A DNA stretch of 64,000 bases from Eledone cirrhosa (taxonomy: Eukaryota). Positions within the stretch are counted from its first letter, which is position 1. Each line of letters starts with the position of its first letter. The notes beneath the pieces were generated by a model. The model worked only from the letters and a program-made list of their open reading frames with translations, did no database searches and was not told the origin of the DNA. Location: NCBI GenBank assembly GCA_964016885.1, contig OZ024747.1, positions 6,510,001 to 6,574,000 on the forward strand. Reading direction: 5' to 3'. This document shows positions 27,436 through 41,444 of this stretch, one piece after another. Made by a program: the position numbers and the translations under genes.

Positions 27436-27858
27436 AGGGTGGTGGATTGGCAGTATCGGTAGAGGGTCGAACGTCATGCTTTGCAGCATAGAGTTACAGC
27501 CCTTTATGATCCGGGTTCAAATCCCGCCGAGGTTAACTTTGCGTTTCATCCTTACAGGGTCAATAAAATAAAGTACCAGTCACGCACTGGGGTCGATTTA
27601 ATCGATTTTCCCCTCCCCCAAAATTGCTGGCCTTGTGTCAATATAAGAAACCATTAGTTTGAAATTGCGTGCAAAGTGTGGTGTATTGGCAGAAGGTCGG
27701 ATGCCATGCTTAGCAGCATAGAGTTACGGCTCTTTATGATCTGAGTTCAAATCCCGCTGAAGTTAACTTTACCTTTCATCCTTACGGGGTCGATAAAATA
27801 AAGTCCCAGTAATACACTGGGATAATTGCTGGCCTTGTGCCAAAAGTAGAAACAATTA
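27436..27858 (+). mobile_element. Two head-to-tail tRNA-derived SINEs
   Basis: ~27436-27655 and ~27675-27858; TTTGAAATT(A/G)CGT occurs before, between and after them. Confidence 0.85.
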
Positions 27859-28170
27859 CTTTGAAATTGCGTTTTTAAAAAAGATACTTTAATAAAGTGT
27901 CTTGCTTAGGGATAAAACACACCACCGGGAATCGAACTCAAGACTTTACGATCGTGAGCTCAGCATCTTAACTGAAATTCATTCACATAAGTAGAAAAAA
28001 GAAACACTTTAAACTTCAAACAGTAGTTACTTTGTATCTAACGAGCAGACTAGTAAAAACACTAGTTCAAACAAAGTACTTATTTTTAGTTAGTTCTTTA
28101 AATGTTTTGAAGTGAAAGTGAGAAGAAATATAGATGAGTGTTTATATATGTAACTATGTTTATATTAATG

Positions 28171-28294
<124 letters not shown>

Positions 28295-28387
28295 GTATAT
28301 ATATATATATAAATATATATATATGTGGGTGTATATATATATTATATATATATATATTTATATATACACACACACATATATATATAC

Positions 28388-28432
<45 letters not shown>

Positions 28433-28443
28433 CATATATATAT

Positions 28444-28477
<34 letters not shown>

Positions 28478-28479
<2 letters not shown>

Positions 28480-29085
28480 GGTGGCTGCCAACTCGTTTTC
28501 GAGTACGGCCACTACTTTATATCCATGTAGGAGAACCCCTACCGATGCGCTGAACAAGTGTGACTTTTTAGTCCAGCCAGCGACTTGAAAACTCTGGTAC
28601 AAACATTACACTTGTGACAATTATTGACACAGTGCTGGGCCCATGGTACCATGTGACGACAAGTGCAGAGAGATCTCCAGATATAAAGCAATGCCTGTGC
28701 CGTGAAGCTTTTATAGTGAGCAAAGGCACTGCACAAAGCCAGTCCCACTCTCTTAACCAAGATGATATTTACCAAAAAGAAGAACAAGTCAACATCATTG
28801 GATACCATCAGGGTTGCAGGTGTTATATCAGAGTTTTCCTTCTCTTAGAATTCTGCCTTGACAAAGGCTAAGGGGTCATCTCTCCCAGTGATTTTGGATG
28901 GCCATTGACTCTTAAGAGCTCCTTTGCCCTTCGACAGGTTTTGTTTTTAGTCCTGCAGGATGTCCAAAGTCACCCTCCTCACCAAGAGACCTTGGTGGGG
29001 TTGCCAGTTTAGTCGCCAACGACCCGACCATGAGGCAGGTTGTACTGGGATACATGTTACCAGTAGCACCAACTGGTGACCTGAC
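28478..29085 (-). mobile_element. Bipartite non-autonomous RTE derivative, full-length copy B (~608 bp)
   Basis: Minus strand: RTE 5'UTR-like motif CTAAGAGAAGGAAAACTCTGA fused to the ORF2 3' end ([17 protein letters not shown]) and a short 3'UTR ending in microsatellite. Confidence 0.85.
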
Positions 29086-29129
29086 ATACATATATATATA
29101 TACATATATATATATACACACACACACAC

Positions 29130-29232
<103 letters not shown>

Positions 29233-29241
29233 ACATTTTAT

Positions 29242-29276
<35 letters not shown>

Positions 29277-29469
29277 AGGTGTAATTGTGTTTTTACATAT
29301 GTTCCCACTGACATCCTGCTACTTGGCGTCTCATCCACAATACTTTAATTTGTTATTGTAACAGTATCTATATACCTGCTTCTTTCAGCTATTCTACCTA
29401 TCCACCTGTCCTTCCATGACCAGCCACACCAAATATTGCTGTTACAATAACTCTCTCTCTCCCTCTCTC

Positions 29470-29588
<119 letters not shown>

Positions 29589-29611
29589 GAGAGATACATA
29601 GATAGATAGAT

Positions 29612-29745
29612 AGATTTCTCCGGAAGGAAACAGTTCTAGTCCTGTAGAAGCTTTTCTACATTAAATATTTGTACTCTGCTTTGTATTGAGTACCTTACCT
29701 ACTGTGGTTCCCCCCCCCCCCGCCCCCCCACTGAACCCGGGATAA

Positions 29746-29748
<3 letters not shown>
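29612..29748 (+). mobile_element. PLE pLTR fragment (17.9-kb family), truncated inside the HHR core
   Basis: Begins GATTTCTCCGGAAGGAAACAGTTCTAGTCCTGTAGAAGC; ends CCCGGGATAAAC then (TA)n. Confidence 0.7.
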
Positions 29749-29819
<71 letters not shown>

Positions 29820-29882
29820 CTTGCTGAACACAAAGTCGAAATCGCTTGGCGCCGCGGTCGGGATTTTACATATCTCTACATG

Positions 29883-29954
<72 letters not shown>

Positions 29955-29957
<3 letters not shown>

Positions 29958-30030
29958 GGTGTGTCCCCAAAATGTAAACACACTTCAATAGCATTCTAAT
30001 AAATATATGTATACATCTTTTTGGGACACC

Positions 30031-30033
<3 letters not shown>
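29955..30033. mobile_element. 79-bp Tc1/mariner MITE (decayed tandem copy at ~30123-30202)
   Basis: TA|CAGGGTG(TG)TCCCCAAAATGTA ... TACATCTTTTTGGGACACCCTG|TA. Confidence 0.75.
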
Positions 30034-30065
<32 letters not shown>

Positions 30066-30200
30066 AAGTATTGTTCCTATCTACCTATCCATTTCTACAT
30101 AATATGTATACATATATAGAGAGAGAGGTTGTCCCCAAAAATGTAAACACATTTCAACACCATTCTAATAAAGATGTGTATACATCTTTTTGGAACACCT

Positions 30201-30240
<40 letters not shown>

Positions 30241-30636
30241 TATTTGAAGTATTGCTCCTATCTACCAATCCATCCACCACCATCCACTTCATACTAAGAT
30301 ATTTCAATCTGTTACCATAGCTATATGTATCTCTCTCTCTATATATATATATCTGAGGTATTGTTCCTATCTCCTTTCCTGCCCCCCCCCCCCCCCTCCA
30401 AAATCCACCTCACCACACCCCCAGCTACTTTGATCTGTCATCGTAGTTGCATCATTTGAGATGTTACATCTATCTTCAGTTTTCAACATTCTGTCGTTTC
30501 CTCAGTTTTTCTCCCTCCAGCTCAGCAGCACGTCTGTTGTTACATACAATAACAACTAATGGAAAGTTTTAATCAATGCAAAATATTTGATTATTGAAAA
30601 CTTTCTTAATGCGCCAGAGTCAATAATTCTCTTTCA

Positions 30637-30966
30637 TTATTCCATTGACAATGTCCATATTTCAGATATATAAATAGCAACTTTTGAAATAAAACTTTTG
30701 AAATATTGGTCGCTCTCCGATAGGTTTGTGGTCGAACCTGTAGCAGTGGAGATTTTCAGCGTCTTTGGCCCTTGGACAACATCCCTACTCACTACAATTG
30801 TACAATTGTAGCAGAGTTGGCCACCCTCGTCATCCATCGAGGCGACGTCTTCTCCATTTTGTTCTTCGCTGGGATCACGAGGCAGCATACATATGGGCCA
30901 TGGGCTTTCACCCGCTAGAGAACCCTCCCCCACTCCGTCGGGACCAGCATCACTGGGGCAGCGATG
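30637..30966 (-). CDS. Candidate exon of an unidentified host gene (frame uncertain)
   Basis: Unique, GC-richer sequence after acceptor TTTGACCAATTCAG (30968-30967). One frame is open for 109 codons; another ends ASLPQ* if spliced to the exon at 31573. Confidence 0.35.
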   Translation of the reverse strand, partial: HRCPSDAGPDGVGEGSLAGESPWPICMLPRDPSEEQNGEDVASMDDEGGQLCYNCTIVVSRDVVQGPKTLKISTATGSTTNLSESDQYFKSFISKVAIYISEIWTLSME

Positions 30967-31093
30967 CTGAATTGGTCAAATGTAAAATTCGATAGATAGA
31001 CAGACATACAGACAGATTAACAGAAACTATTCCTCTCTCGTTGGTGATGTATGAAATAGTAACTGACACCTTTATGTTAAAAAAAATAAACCT

Positions 31094-31545
31094 TACACAC
31101 AGCTCACCTGTGAGAAGGTGAAGCTCACACAGCTCACCTGTGAAAGGGTGAAGCTCACACAGCTCACCTGTGAAAGGGTGAAGCTCACACAGCTCACCTG
31201 TGAGAAGGTGAAGCTCACACAGCTCACCTGTGAGAAGGTGAAGCTGACACAGCTCACCTGTGAGAAGGTGAAGCTCACACAGCTCACCTGTGAAAGGGTG
31301 AAGCTCACACAGCTGACCTGTGAAAGGGTGAAGCTCACACAGCTCACCTGTGAAAGGGTGAAGCTCACACAGCTCACCTGTGAGAAGGTGAGGCTCACAC
31401 AGCTCACCTGTGAAAGGGTGAAGCTCACACAGCTCACCTGTGAAAGGGTGAAGCTCACACAGCTCACCTGTGAGAAGGTGAAGCTCACACAGCTCACCTG
31501 TGAGAAGGTGAAGCTCACACAGCTCACCTGTGAAAGGGTGAAGCA
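31094..31545. repeat. 30-bp minisatellite (15 units) made of splice-site-like units on the minus strand
   Basis: Minus unit GTGAGCTGTGTGAGCTTCACC(CTT/TTC)TCACAG; open in several frames. Confidence 0.95.
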
Positions 31546-31572
31546 CAATCTCACACAACAATGGAAACTCAC

Positions 31573-31614
31573 CATATTCTATATTTCTTACTGCAAATAA
31601 ATGTTTCCGTTCTT
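31573..31614 (-). CDS. Candidate small exon (RKHLFAVRNIEY; or 18-nt microexon 31573-31590)
   Basis: Strong donor ATG|GTGAGT at 31572; acceptors TTTATTTGCAG (31591) or TTTGACAAG. Confidence 0.3.
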
Positions 31615-31674
31615 GTCAAAGAATTTTTATATGAACATTTTTACCGCATTAGGTAACAATTAAGAATGGACAAG

Positions 31675-31747
<73 letters not shown>

Positions 31748-31875
31748 GAAATTGTTTGTTTTTATATTTTTTACACGACTGTATGTAAAATCCCCGGCAT
31801 GTCTTTGTATTGTCCCCTTTCTTGTTGCGCCCTTGTGGCTAATAAAGAAATCTATCTATCTACCTATCTATCTAC

Positions 31876-31915
<40 letters not shown>

Positions 31916-32103
31916 TTATCTATCTATCTATCTACCTATCTATCTATCTATCTATCTGTTTGTCTGTCTGTTGTGTTTCTCTCTCTATATATATTCTGTA
32001 GTACAGTATAACATATATAGGCTAACACATACACGCATATATAAGATATCATATATAGGCACACACGCTTACACATAACACACACACACATATGCTACTA
32101 TAT

Positions 32104-32159
<56 letters not shown>

Positions 32160-32535
32160 ATAATCTCTCTCCTTCTCTCTCCTTCTCTCTCCTTCTCTCT
32201 CCTTCTCTCTCTCCCTCACATAATTTTTCTCCTTCTCTCTCCTCTCTTCTTCTCTCATTCTCTCTCTCACATAATCTCTCTCCTCCCTCCTTCTTTCTCT
32301 TTCTCTCTCCTTATCTCCTTCTCTCTCTCTCTCTCATATAATCTCTCCCCTTCTCTCTTCTTCTCTCTCCGTTTCTCTCCTACTCTCTCTCTCTCACATA
32401 ATCTCTCTCCTTCTCTCTCCTTCTCTCTCATTCTCTCTCCTTCTCTCTCCTTCTCTCTCTCTCTCACATAGTCTCTCTCTCCCTCTCTCACATACACATA
32501 GTCTCTCTCTTACACACACATACACACACACACAG

Positions 32536-32566
<31 letters not shown>

Positions 32567-32627
32567 TATTCTCTCTCTCTCACACACACACACACACATC
32601 GTCTCTCTCTCACACACACACACATAG

Positions 32628-32675
<48 letters not shown>

Positions 32676-33217
32676 TCTCTCTCACACACACACACATAGT
32701 CTCTCTCTCACACACACACACACGTCGTTCATCAGTTGTGACGTCAGATGTTTATCGTAGGGGGGTGGGGTTATCTCACATTGATTTATTACATATTAAA
32801 AACGTCTTTATATAAGAAGGGGGGGTGATATGATGGTGTACTGGGGATGGGGGAATTTGGAAGATGAACAAACAGATAACTGCATACATATTGAGACATA
32901 CTCACACACACTCATACACATACTCACACACACTCATACACATACTCACACACACATACACATACTCACACACACACATACACATACTCACACACACTCA
33001 TACACATACTCACACACACACATACACATACTCACATACACACATACTCACACACACACTTACTCTCACATATACACACTCATACAAACATACATACTCA
33101 CACACACATACACATACTCACACCCTCCCTCTCATACACACACGCTTGTATGTATTTATATATATATATATATATACATACATTGATTTGATATTCACTG
33201 ACATAGACATGATTAAA

Positions 33218-33286
<69 letters not shown>

Positions 33287-33287
<1 letters not shown>

Positions 33288-34182
33288 TAGCATTAAAGCC
33301 CGGCGTTGCTCGGGGTCAGTAAGTTACCAAAGTTAGGTTGCACCACCCATTTTATGGCAGCACTTTTTTGTCTGCCAGGCACTGGGTGAATGAATTGCAG
33401 ACCTGGACTCCCCAAGCAGGAGCTGCGCCAGCAGTGACAATTGTAGTTTCGCCTATGGATATTATCTCTGTGCAAAGAAGTGTTGAAATTTATTGTTTCA
33501 CAGTACTTGCGCAACACGCGCGTAGACGATGCCAACCGAACAACGGAGCTGCGATGGAGTTGTTCTGCATGGTTGTCTAATGTGTGTTTTCTAAATTTAA
33601 GACAGTAGAGAGGGGTGTGATATAGGGAGAGTTAGCTGCTGTTTCTAGCAGGTTTAGTGACCTCATAGAGGATATTATTGTGTATAGTAAATGAACTGAT
33701 ACTTCTTTCTTCCATGTTCGTTGATAGATGTTTTAAAAAAGATTTATCGCTATTTTTGTTGTTGTTGAATAAATGTATCTGTTACTCTTGAATATTTGTT
33801 GTTTCGTATGAAATGTAATAAGTTCTCTTTGTCATTGAAGTAAATAAATGTTTGACCGTTCCACACTCAAAAACAAACGTTCTCACTCCCTCTCCCTCTA
33901 ACTCTCTCTCTCTCTCTTAGAGTTTGTAAGTTTAATCGTATATAAGAGAAAGTTGCAGCATGTATGTAGTTTTATCGAATTTTAAGGGGAGTAGAGAGAG
34001 ATAATCAGATTGTATTAGAGGGGTAAAGCGTCATGTATTTAGTTTTATCGATTATTTCCGTAATTGTGGGTGAGTTTGAATGAAATAAATAGTTGTTGAC
34101 CTAAATTAAACCATTTACAACATTCTTACAGACGTCGAGTCGAATCGGTTTGAAATTGTGCAAATGTATAAACATGGAACAT

Positions 34183-34226
<44 letters not shown>

Positions 34227-34250
34227 CAACAACCATCTGCCTTTTATAGA
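33287..34250 (-). mobile_element. Non-autonomous Helitron (~960 bp)
   Basis: Minus strand: A|TCTATAAAAG 5' end, (TG)n near the 5' end, 3' hairpin CCCGAGC-AAC-GCCGGG, CTAG|T. Confidence 0.8.
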
Positions 34251-34251
34251 T

Positions 34252-34442
34252 AATTGTTTCTACTTTAGGCACAAGGCCAGCAATTACCCAGTGCATTACT
34301 GGTACTTTATTTTATCGACCCCGTAAGGATGAAAGGCAAAGTCAACCTCGGCGGGATTTGAACTCAGATCGTAAAGGGACGTAACTCTATGCTGGAAAGC
34401 ATGGCGTCCGACCCTCTACCGATACTGCCAATCCACTGCCTT
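34252..34442 (-). mobile_element. tRNA-derived SINE at the Helitron 5' terminus
   Basis: Family match; TTATAGATAAT duplicated on both sides. Confidence 0.9.
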
Positions 34443-34450
34443 TTATAGAT

Positions 34451-35317
<867 letters not shown>

Positions 35318-35379
35318 GTATATATACATATATATATATACATATATATATATACATATATATATATATACATATATAC

Positions 35380-35446
<67 letters not shown>

Positions 35447-35505
35447 CATATATATACATATATATATATACATATATATATACATATATATGCATATATA
35501 TATAC

Positions 35506-36115
35506 ATGGTGGCTGCCAACTCGTTTTCGAGTACGGCCACTACTTTATATCCATGTAGGAGGACCCCTACCGATGCGCTGAACGAGTGTGACTTTTCAGT
35601 CCGGCCAGCGACTTGAAAACTTTGGTACAAACACTACACATGTGACAATTATTGACACATAGTGCTGGGCCCATGGTACCATGTGACGACAAGTGCAGAG
35701 AGATCTCCAGATATAAAGCAATGCCTGTGCCGTGAAGTTTTTATAGTGAGCAAAGGCACAGCACAAAGCCAGTCCCACTCTCTTAACCAAGATGATATTT
35801 ACCAAAAAGAAGAACAAGTCAACATCATTGGATACCATCAGGGTTGCAGGTGTGATATCAGAGTTTTCCTTCTCCTAGAATTCTGCCTTGACAAAGGCTA
35901 AGGGGTCATCTCTCCCGGTGATTTTGGATGGCCATTGACTCTTAAGAGCTCCTTTGCCCTTTGACAGGTTTTGTTTTTAGTCCTGCAGGATGTCCAAAGT
36001 CACCCTCCTCACCAAGAAACCTTGGTGGGGTTGCCAGTTTAGTCGCCAACGACCCGACCATGGGACAGGTTGTACTGGGATACATGTTACCAGTAGCACC
36101 AACTGGTGACCTGAC
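35506..36115 (-). mobile_element. Bipartite RTE derivative, full-length copy C
   Basis: Near-identical to copy B with the same termini. Confidence 0.85.
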
Positions 36116-36170
36116 ATATACATACATACATATATACACACATACATATATATATGTGTGTGTATGTATG

Positions 36171-36231
<61 letters not shown>

Positions 36232-36462
36232 TAAATCATGTCTTTAGAATCACTAGATATAATATATACCATTTCCTCTCCCAACGTGACCGGTTGCAAA
36301 ACATATATATCTATGACTTTATATATATGTAAACCTTTATATATATATATATATATATATATAAGAATTAAAATACTAGAGTGCGTTGGAGTAAAACACA
36401 CTCGTCATATTATAGAAATGACAGTAAAGGTATAGCTCAATGTAATACAACAGAGCCGAAAA

Positions 36463-36667
36463 ATTATAAAAATAGACAAAGAAGCCTTCAATACATCAAA
36501 AGTCTTTATTAGCCTACAATGTTTCGTCCCATTAATAAGGACTCATCAGGGCAATTAAACAGTTTAATTGTTTAATTGCCCTGATGAGTCCTTATTAATG
36601 GGACGAAACATTGTAGGCTAATAAAGACTTTTGATGTATTGAAGGCTTCTTTGTCTATTTTTATAAT
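36463..36667. mobile_element. Fold-back PLE-like pLTR (99-bp arms, 7-nt spacer)
   Basis: Arms 36463-36561 / 36569-36667; right arm abuts (TA)n; left arm continues as an unpaired tail to ~36363. Confidence 0.85.
36578..36618 (+). ncRNA. Minimal type-I hammerhead, canonical core (mirror copy 36512-36552, minus strand)
   Basis: GCC CTGATGA GTCC-ttattaatg-GGAC GAAA CA-t-TG TA / GGC, followed by AATAAA. Confidence 0.85.
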
Positions 36668-36760
36668 ATATATATATATATATATTGTATTTTCTGGGCG
36701 ATAATATATTAATATATTATATAACTTGAACGAAATTGCATGGGAAAAAATATTGCAAGC

Positions 36761-36893
<133 letters not shown>

Positions 36894-37108
36894 ATATATA
36901 TTCTTGGATAGGAGTCTATATGTCTAGCGTAGCTGTTGAGATAGATTAGACATATACACAAGGCCACCATTAAGAGCCAAATACAAAACACTAATGGTGG
37001 ATCATTGGTTTAATATACGCTGGTGTTTTCACAACATCGATGTAAAATTCATTGATTGAAACCAAAACGTTATAAAACCTCAAATATTTCCCCTCTATGA
37101 GTAAACCG

Positions 37109-37135
37109 CTGATGAGATTGAATTAGTAATCGAAA
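37109..37135 (+). ncRNA. Hammerhead core and helix II only (decayed)
   Basis: CTGATGA GATTG-aattag-TAATC GAAA; helices I and III not convincing. Confidence 0.4.
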
Positions 37136-37249
37136 CACAGGGAAATATCTAGCGAAAATTTATATACAAAAACGTGTAGTATGGAATGTGAAAGTATGTT
37201 TTATGTTTTTGATTTTTGTAAAGCTGCCACAAGAGCAAGATTTCAACTA

Positions 37250-37351
37250 TGGGGTTGAGTAATAATTCATGAGCGTATTTTTTTAATTTAAAAATGCGCA
37301 GACCAAAACACTTAGTCAAAAAAAACGCTCATGAATTATTACTCAACCTTA
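37250..37351. mobile_element. 102-bp mariner-derived MITE (MADE1-like architecture)
   Basis: Perfect 24-bp IR GGTTGAGTAATAATTCATGAGCGT (37253-37276/37325-37348); TA on both sides. Confidence 0.75.
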
Positions 37352-37496
37352 TACAAAATAATTGAATAAATTGGTGATATAACCCCTTGGCAATTCTGTT
37401 CACCTCTTTCCGTTTCCTGATGTTATGTTCCCAATTACATAGTTAAAATCATGCGGTAGGTTTACCAAAAGTAAAAACATACTTTCAAATGTTATT

Positions 37497-38022
37497 AATT
37501 GTTTCTATTTTAGGCACAAGGCCAGCAATTACCCAGTACATTACTGGTACTTTATTTTATCGACCTCGTAAGGATGAAAGGCAAAGTTAACATCGGCGGG
37601 ATTTGAACTCGGATCATAAAGGGACGTAACTCTATGCTTCAAAGCATGGTGTCCGACTCTCTACCGATACTGCCAATCCACTTTCAAAGGATATTAATAT
37701 TCGTAGTAAATATTGCTGAGTAAACTGGAGCAACGTGAATATAGAGTGTCTTGCTCAAGGAAACAACGCATCATCTGGTCCGAGAATCGAACTCACAACC
37801 TTATGGTTGCAAGCCCAATGCTCTAACCACTAAACCATGCGCCTTCACATTATACATTAGATAATGTGCGGTGGATTGGCAGTATTAGTAGAGCGTCGAA
37901 CAACATGATTTGAAGCATAGAGTTACGGCCCTTTACGGCTCGAGCCTTACGAGGTCGATAAAATAAAGTACCAGTAATGCACTGGGATAATTGCTGGCCT
38001 TGTGCCAAAAGTAGAAACAATT
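37497..38022. mobile_element. SINE cluster: main family (37497-37682 minus; 37868-38022 plus) and a second tRNA-SINE family (~37715-37850 minus)
   Basis: Family matches; second family has GTGTCTTGCTCAAGG and a tRNA-like head GAATCGAAC...CTCTAACCACTA. Confidence 0.85.
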
Positions 38023-38105
38023 ATATATTATAAAGTGTCAAAAAAATCAGATAGTATTTTTAAAACTATTTTAGTCATAGTTTTGATCATTGAGCACTTT
38101 CAGAT

Positions 38106-38173
<68 letters not shown>

Positions 38174-38681
38174 TATGTATGTAACTAAATATAATTACGA
38201 AAATCTGCTCTACAGTAGTAAAGTGTTGTGTCTTTTAACTGAGGACTGTAAACAAACAACACACGTAACTTTACCTTTCCAGAAACAACAAATATATTGT
38301 TCTTGTAGCTTCTATTGTATAATAATCGATTGTTTTATGTTTATTTACAAACATATTCAAGTGAACGTGATATCTGGCCACACAGCACGTACACAAACCA
38401 AACTCTTAATATATTATTCTTTGTTTCAATTATAGAAGCTATACAAAAGGCTATTTTGCTTATATCAACAAGCCAAACTACGTTAAGTAGTTTATTATAC
38501 GCCCTTAACATACGCTTGAAGAAGGAAAGGAAAGGGCCCTTAACTCTTGATGGAGACGTAGGGGCGCCGTCCTAATTAATATACGGTATGTCTTGTGCAT
38601 TTTAAACCTGGCGGAACCCATTTCTCTCCAGACTGGAACACATCCGATTTCTTTCAGAAAGATAGATAAATAGATAGATAA

Positions 38682-38766
<85 letters not shown>

Positions 38767-39573
38767 GAGAGAAGGGGAGAATCGATCCAGTACTGGGCTG
38801 GTACAATTCGCCGTCTTCACACACGCATATAGGTATGCACACACGTACACACGAATCTCCGTTAGAGTAGACCACGAGTGCTACAGTTGATTTGATCAAC
38901 CGAACAACAGTCTGCTCGTGAAAACTATATAAAGTGAGCGTCACAGACAGAAGGACGGACAGACGGACAAACAGCGCTCTTATTATAATATAGATTATTT
39001 GAAAATCATAGGTACAGTCTTTCATTAGAAAGAGGATAGAAAAAGGCTAAAACGTTTAATGGTACTAACTTTCGTTACTTGGTTAATTAATAAAGTCATA
39101 CCCCCAATTACCACCAAACTCTCTCTCATTCCCTCTCACTCTATCCATTACAACCAAACTCTCCTCCTCTCTATATCTCCTACACGGTATTCTCTTCCAT
39201 TCCCCCTCTCTATATCAATTAGCACCAAACTCTCCCCCTCTCTATATCAATTAGCACCAAACTATCCCCCTCTCTATATCTACTACACGGAGCTCTCGTC
39301 CAACACCCTCTCTATATCAATAAACATCAATATCTCCCCCTCTCTATATCTACCATACAACACACTCTCCCAACCTTCCTCTCTGTATCAATTACAACAC
39401 AACTCCCACCGCCCCTCTCTACATAACATGTACATAAATTGTAGCTCATATACAAATAGATGTTTGTTTTGGTAGTTTGGGGAGAAAATATATAATTATT
39501 GGGCAGAAGGGCATGGGCCCCTACCCTCTCCACAGTCCCACCGCCCTTGTATATGTGTGTGTGTGTGTATGTA

Positions 39574-39652
<79 letters not shown>

Positions 39653-39774
39653 ATATATGTGTGTATATATATATATGTATGTATGTATGTGAAAGTATAC
39701 GGAAAAAACAACCGACGATGAGATAAACTTACTTTTTCTCCTTTCCAGACACATCCATAAAATTACACACACAT

Positions 39775-39815
<41 letters not shown>

Positions 39816-39973
39816 CAAACATCGACATGTATACACAAAGACATGTTTTATGTTTTCCTCTAAGATTCAACCTTCAGACGATCAAATTATTTACTTGTGT
39901 CATTTATATTATTTACATTCGGTGCAGAATGATAGATTGATGTCTGATGTTACCATTCTTCAAACAAACAACG

Positions 39974-40490
39974 CGAAGCCCTACCAATCTTTTCCCGACC
40001 GAAGTATCACAGCGCCCTTCTTACGAAGCCCTACCAATCTTTTCCCGACCGAAGTATCACAGCGCCCTTCTTACGAAGCCCTACTAATCTTTCCCCGACC
40101 GAAGTATCACAAGCCCCTTCTGACGAAGCCCTACCAATCTTTCCCCGACCGAAGTATCACAAGCCCCTTCTTACGAAGCCCTACCAATCTTTCCCCGACC
40201 GAAGTATCACAAGCCCCTTCTTACGAAGCCCTACCAATCTTTCCCCGACCGAAGTATCACAAGCCCCTTCTTTCGAAGCCCTACCAATCTTTCCCCGTCC
40301 GAAGTATCACAGCGCCCTTCTTCTGAAACCCTACCAATCTTTCCCCGACCGAAGTATCAGAAGCCCCTTCTTACGAAGCCCTACCAATCTTTCCCCGACC
40401 GAAGTATCAGAAGCCCCTTCTTTCGAAGCCCTACCAATATTTCCTCGCCCGAAATATCACAAACTCCTTCTTCCGAAGCCCTACCAATCC
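39974..40490. repeat. 50-bp minisatellite (~10 units)
   Basis: Unit CGAAGCCCTACCAATCTTTCCCCGACCGAAGTATCACAAGCCCCTTCTTA. Confidence 0.95.
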
Positions 40491-40916
40491 CTCCTCGGCC
40501 CCTTCTCTTCTTCTTCTTCTTCTTCCTCAATATGTCAGACGTCCCTCTGTTGTGTCAAATAGAATCTTTAAAAAGATCAAACACTTGACAACTCGTTCTG
40601 TGTTCTGTGTTCTTATATTATGTTCTTAAAATTACTTGTTGATAGATGGCGTAACGAGATATATCTCTAGAGTGGTCGTTGTATAAGTATGGAAGTCTGT
40701 AGAAGAGTACAGGCTTTTGGTGAGCCATCCATCCATCCATCCATACAACCATCCATCCATCCATCTATCCATCTATATATCCATCAATCCATCCATCCAT
40801 CTATTTATCCATCTATCCAGCTATCCATGGGCCCTAAACTTTCAATGGAGTCGTACCGGCACTGTCGTGACATACTTGGGCATTTTAAACCTAGTGGGAG
40901 TTCATCCCTCTCTACA

Positions 40917-41008
<92 letters not shown>

Positions 41009-41444
41009 GGGTGTATAAAACATTGCGGACTCTAGTACAGAAGTGGCACTACATCTATCGATCTGGAAAGGATCAAAGACAAAGTTCATCTCGACAAGAT
41101 TTGACCCCAGAGCGCTGAGAGCTAGAAAAAATACTACAAAGCATTTTAGTTGACGTTCCATCGACTCCGAGATCTGCTAAATCTTACAGCTGAGCTGGGG
41201 TCAAAAGGGCATCGACACCACAATTCCAACAAGAAGAATAACAAGTCAAGAGAGTCATTTGACCTGCTAGAAATAGCAGCGAAATTACTCCCACCTTTGA
41301 AAAACAGGATGAACATGTTGTACACTTTAGTTTTAGACATATATTAAAAAAAAAGATAGGAGGTTAGTGTGACTTTAGTTATAGGTCTGTTATATCTCAG
41401 AACTGAACTGACACTAAACAACAACCACAGGAGAGTGTCTAGAT

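Noticed and set aside
38603-38660. Apparent minus-strand exon with AG/GT boundaries
   Set aside because: Homologous sequence recurs at ~6160-6225, ~54730 and ~63845, so it is a dispersed repeat.
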